A stretch of 47,661 nt of DNA from Acidimicrobiia bacterium (lineage in GTDB: Bacteria > Actinomycetota > Acidimicrobiia > Acidimicrobiales > JAHEJN01): positions 1 through 47,661 of the forward strand of contig JAOTZB010000002.1 in assembly GCA_029861625.1 (NCBI GenBank), given 5' to 3'. Of this stretch, positions 46,199 through 47,661 are shown in pieces; the stretch's first letter is position 1; each line of letters opens with the position of its first letter. Under the pieces are notes generated by a model. It worked only from the letters and a program-made list of their open reading frames with translations. It was not told the origin of the DNA and made no database searches. The position numbers were made by a program, and so were the translations under genes.

Positions 46199-47377
46199 AT
46201 GAGCACCGTCGTCCCGACCCCCGACGCGCCGCATGGTTCGCGCGAGCGCTCGCTCGCGACCCAGACGGCGGCGCGATTCACCTCCAACCTGGCCTTCCGT
46301 TTCATCTATCCCTTCCTCGGCCCGATCGCCCGCGGTGCGGGCACATCGATCGGGACGATGGGTGTGATCCTGTCGATCCGTGATCTCGTCGGGCTCGGCG
46401 CGCCGGTCATCGGGCGGGCGATCGACCGGGGCAGTCAGCGCTGGTGGATGGTCGGATCGCTCGTGGCCATGGGGCTGATGTGTCTCCTCGCGTCGGCCGA
46501 CTTCGGGATCTGGTCCCTCGCCATCGCCCTCATCGCGATCGGCACGGGGAAGAACGGGTTCGACACGGCCATGACGGCGTGGCTCGGCGACAACATCGCA
46601 TACGCGGGCCGCGGCCGGATCACCGCCATGACCGAGCTGTCGTGGGCGGGCTCGCTGCTGATCGGTGCACCGTTGATGGGCCTGTTGATCAACGCGCGCG
46701 GGTGGCAGGCGCCGTTCCTCGTTCTCGGCATCGCCAACCTCGCCATGGCGGCAGCGATCGCGGCCGCGATGCACCACGACGGATCTCATCGGTCTCATGA
46801 TCGAGTGAGCGGACGGTTCGCGATCGGAGATCATCTCGTCTTCCTCGTCGCCATCGGCGCGCTCACACTCGGCATGCAGCTCGTCCTCATCACCTACAGC
46901 ACCTGGCTCGAGGACGACTTCGGGCTCAGCGTCACCGGGCTGGGCCGGACGGCAATCGTGCTCGGAGTCGGCGAGCTCATCGGCACGGGACTCGCGATAG
47001 CGGTGACCGATCGCATCGGGAAGACGGCCTCCATCGTGTGGGGGACCATCGTGATGGCCCCCGTGTTCGCGTTGTTCGGGGCGACGAGCTCGGCGACGGT
47101 GGCCATCGGGCTGCTCGCAGTCGGTGTGCTGGGCTTCGAGCTGTCGTTCATCTCGATGCTCCCGCTCGCGTCGGAGCTGGCGGTCGGCGCCAGGGGTGCG
47201 GCCCTCGGCGTCGTGTTCGGCGTGGCGACGTTGTTCCGGGCTCTCGGCAGCCTGGTCGGACCGTCGATCTACGAGTCGTCCGGAATGGGAGCAGTCGGCC
47301 TCACGGCAACAGGATGCGTGCTGGTCACGGCGGTGCTCATCGGGCGAACCGACGTCGAACAGCGGGCACGGGCATGA
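46199..47377 (+). CDS. MFS transporter
   Basis: GAGGGGGA Shine-Dalgarno lies directly upstream of the ATG. There are about 11-12 hydrophobic helices and an MFS-type loop motif (GRAIDRGSQR). The 5' 640 codons of the 1030-aa ORF are an antisense shadow of ilvB. Confidence 0.75.
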   Translation: MSTVVPTPDAPHGSRERSLATQTAARFTSNLAFRFIYPFLGPIARGAGTSIGTMGVILSIRDLVGLGAPVIGRAIDRGSQRWWMVGSLVAMGLMCLLASADFGIWSLAIALIAIGTGKNGFDTAMTAWLGDNIAYAGRGRITAMTELSWAGSLLIGAPLMGLLINARGWQAPFLVLGIANLAMAAAIAAAMHHDGSHRSHDRVSGRFAIGDHLVFLVAIGALTLGMQLVLITYSTWLEDDFGLSVTGLGRTAIVLGVGELIGTGLAIAVTDRIGKTASIVWGTIVMAPVFALFGATSSATVAIGLLAVGVLGFELSFISMLPLASELAVGARGAALGVVFGVATLFRALGSLVGPSIYESSGMGAVGLTATGCVLVTAVLIGRTDVEQRARA

Positions 47378-47661
47378 GACGCGGCGTGTACCCCGGGTCG
47401 TTCAACCCGCCCACCATCGCCCACTTGGCCATTGCCGGGGCTGCGGTCAGGCACCACCGGCTCGACGAGCTCGTCTTCACCCTGTCGACCGTCGCGCTGG
47501 GGAAGACCGGGGCGCGCGGGCCGACCGTCGACGAACGGGCGCGGGTGCTGCGCGAGTCCGTCGGCCACCTCTCGTGGGCTGCGGTCGCGGTCACGGACGT
47601 CCAGCTCATCGCCGACATCGCCGACGGCTTCGACTTGGTCGTGATGGGTGCGGACAAGTGG
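47374..47661 (+). CDS. cytidylyltransferase-like nucleotidyltransferase (NadD/NMNAT-like), 3' end outside the window
   Basis: The ATG overlaps the MFS stop (ATGA). MRRGVYPGSFNPPTIAHLAIA matches the (H/T)xGH-type nucleotidyltransferase motif context. The frame is open to the window end. It is absent from the ORF track because no stop is reached. Confidence 0.55.
   Translation, partial: MRRGVYPGSFNPPTIAHLAIAGAAVRHHRLDELVFTLSTVALGKTGARGPTVDERARVLRESVGHLSWAAVAVTDVQLIADIADGFDLVVMGADKW

Noticed and set aside
44285-47377. 1030-aa ORF on the plus strand, the longest in the window
   Set aside because: Its first 640 or so codons are antisense to ilvB and have the Arg/Gly/Val/Asp-rich composition typical of high-GC shadow frames. 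Protein-like sequence with TM helices begins only at ATG 46199, which has a strong Shine-Dalgarno. That part is the MFS gene.

Overview
Very GC-rich, densely coding window. Its gene content and start/stop style look like Actinomycetota: a DUF222/HNH '13E12-type' gene, F420-type LLM oxidoreductases, DinB/TIGR03086 proteins, many GTGA/ATGA start-stop overlaps, and promoters placed as for leaderless mRNAs. I could support about 45 CDSs. Recognisable blocks are def-hutF-hutI (205-3301), a complete classical glycogen locus glgB / glgC / glgA-glgX-glgP (25239-33955), an ArsR-SRPBCC-DUF899 operon (37751-39166) and ilvBNC (42643-45997), which carries a leader-peptide attenuator that is easy to miss. 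A stretch of oxidoreductase, methyltransferase, SnoaL, crotonase and DrrAB-type ABC exporter genes (11811-20599) has no core biosynthetic gene. No rRNA, tRNA, CRISPR, integrase or transposase was found. The parts that known families explain least well are four. (1) A central three-gene envelope module (20779-25175): an 838-aa polytopic coiled-coil/TPR protein translationally coupled to a lipoprotein, followed by a repeat-containing surface protein. (2) A recurring pair of 11-bp-phased TTTCAC direct repeats upstream of three different secreted-protein genes (7471, 11718, 21957), which suggests an unannotated response-regulator regulon. (3) An orphan KAP-family P-loop NTPase with transmembrane helices inserted in the NTPase domain (40548-42641). 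(4) Signs of gene decay and repeat instability: a frameshifted Rieske ferredoxin, a possible oxygenase remnant, a 35-bp tandem copy of a gene's 3' end, and in-frame VNTR-like repeats. Most of the long ORFs in the six-frame track are antisense or off-frame shadows typical of high-GC DNA. All family assignments come from reading motifs by eye. No database search was run.
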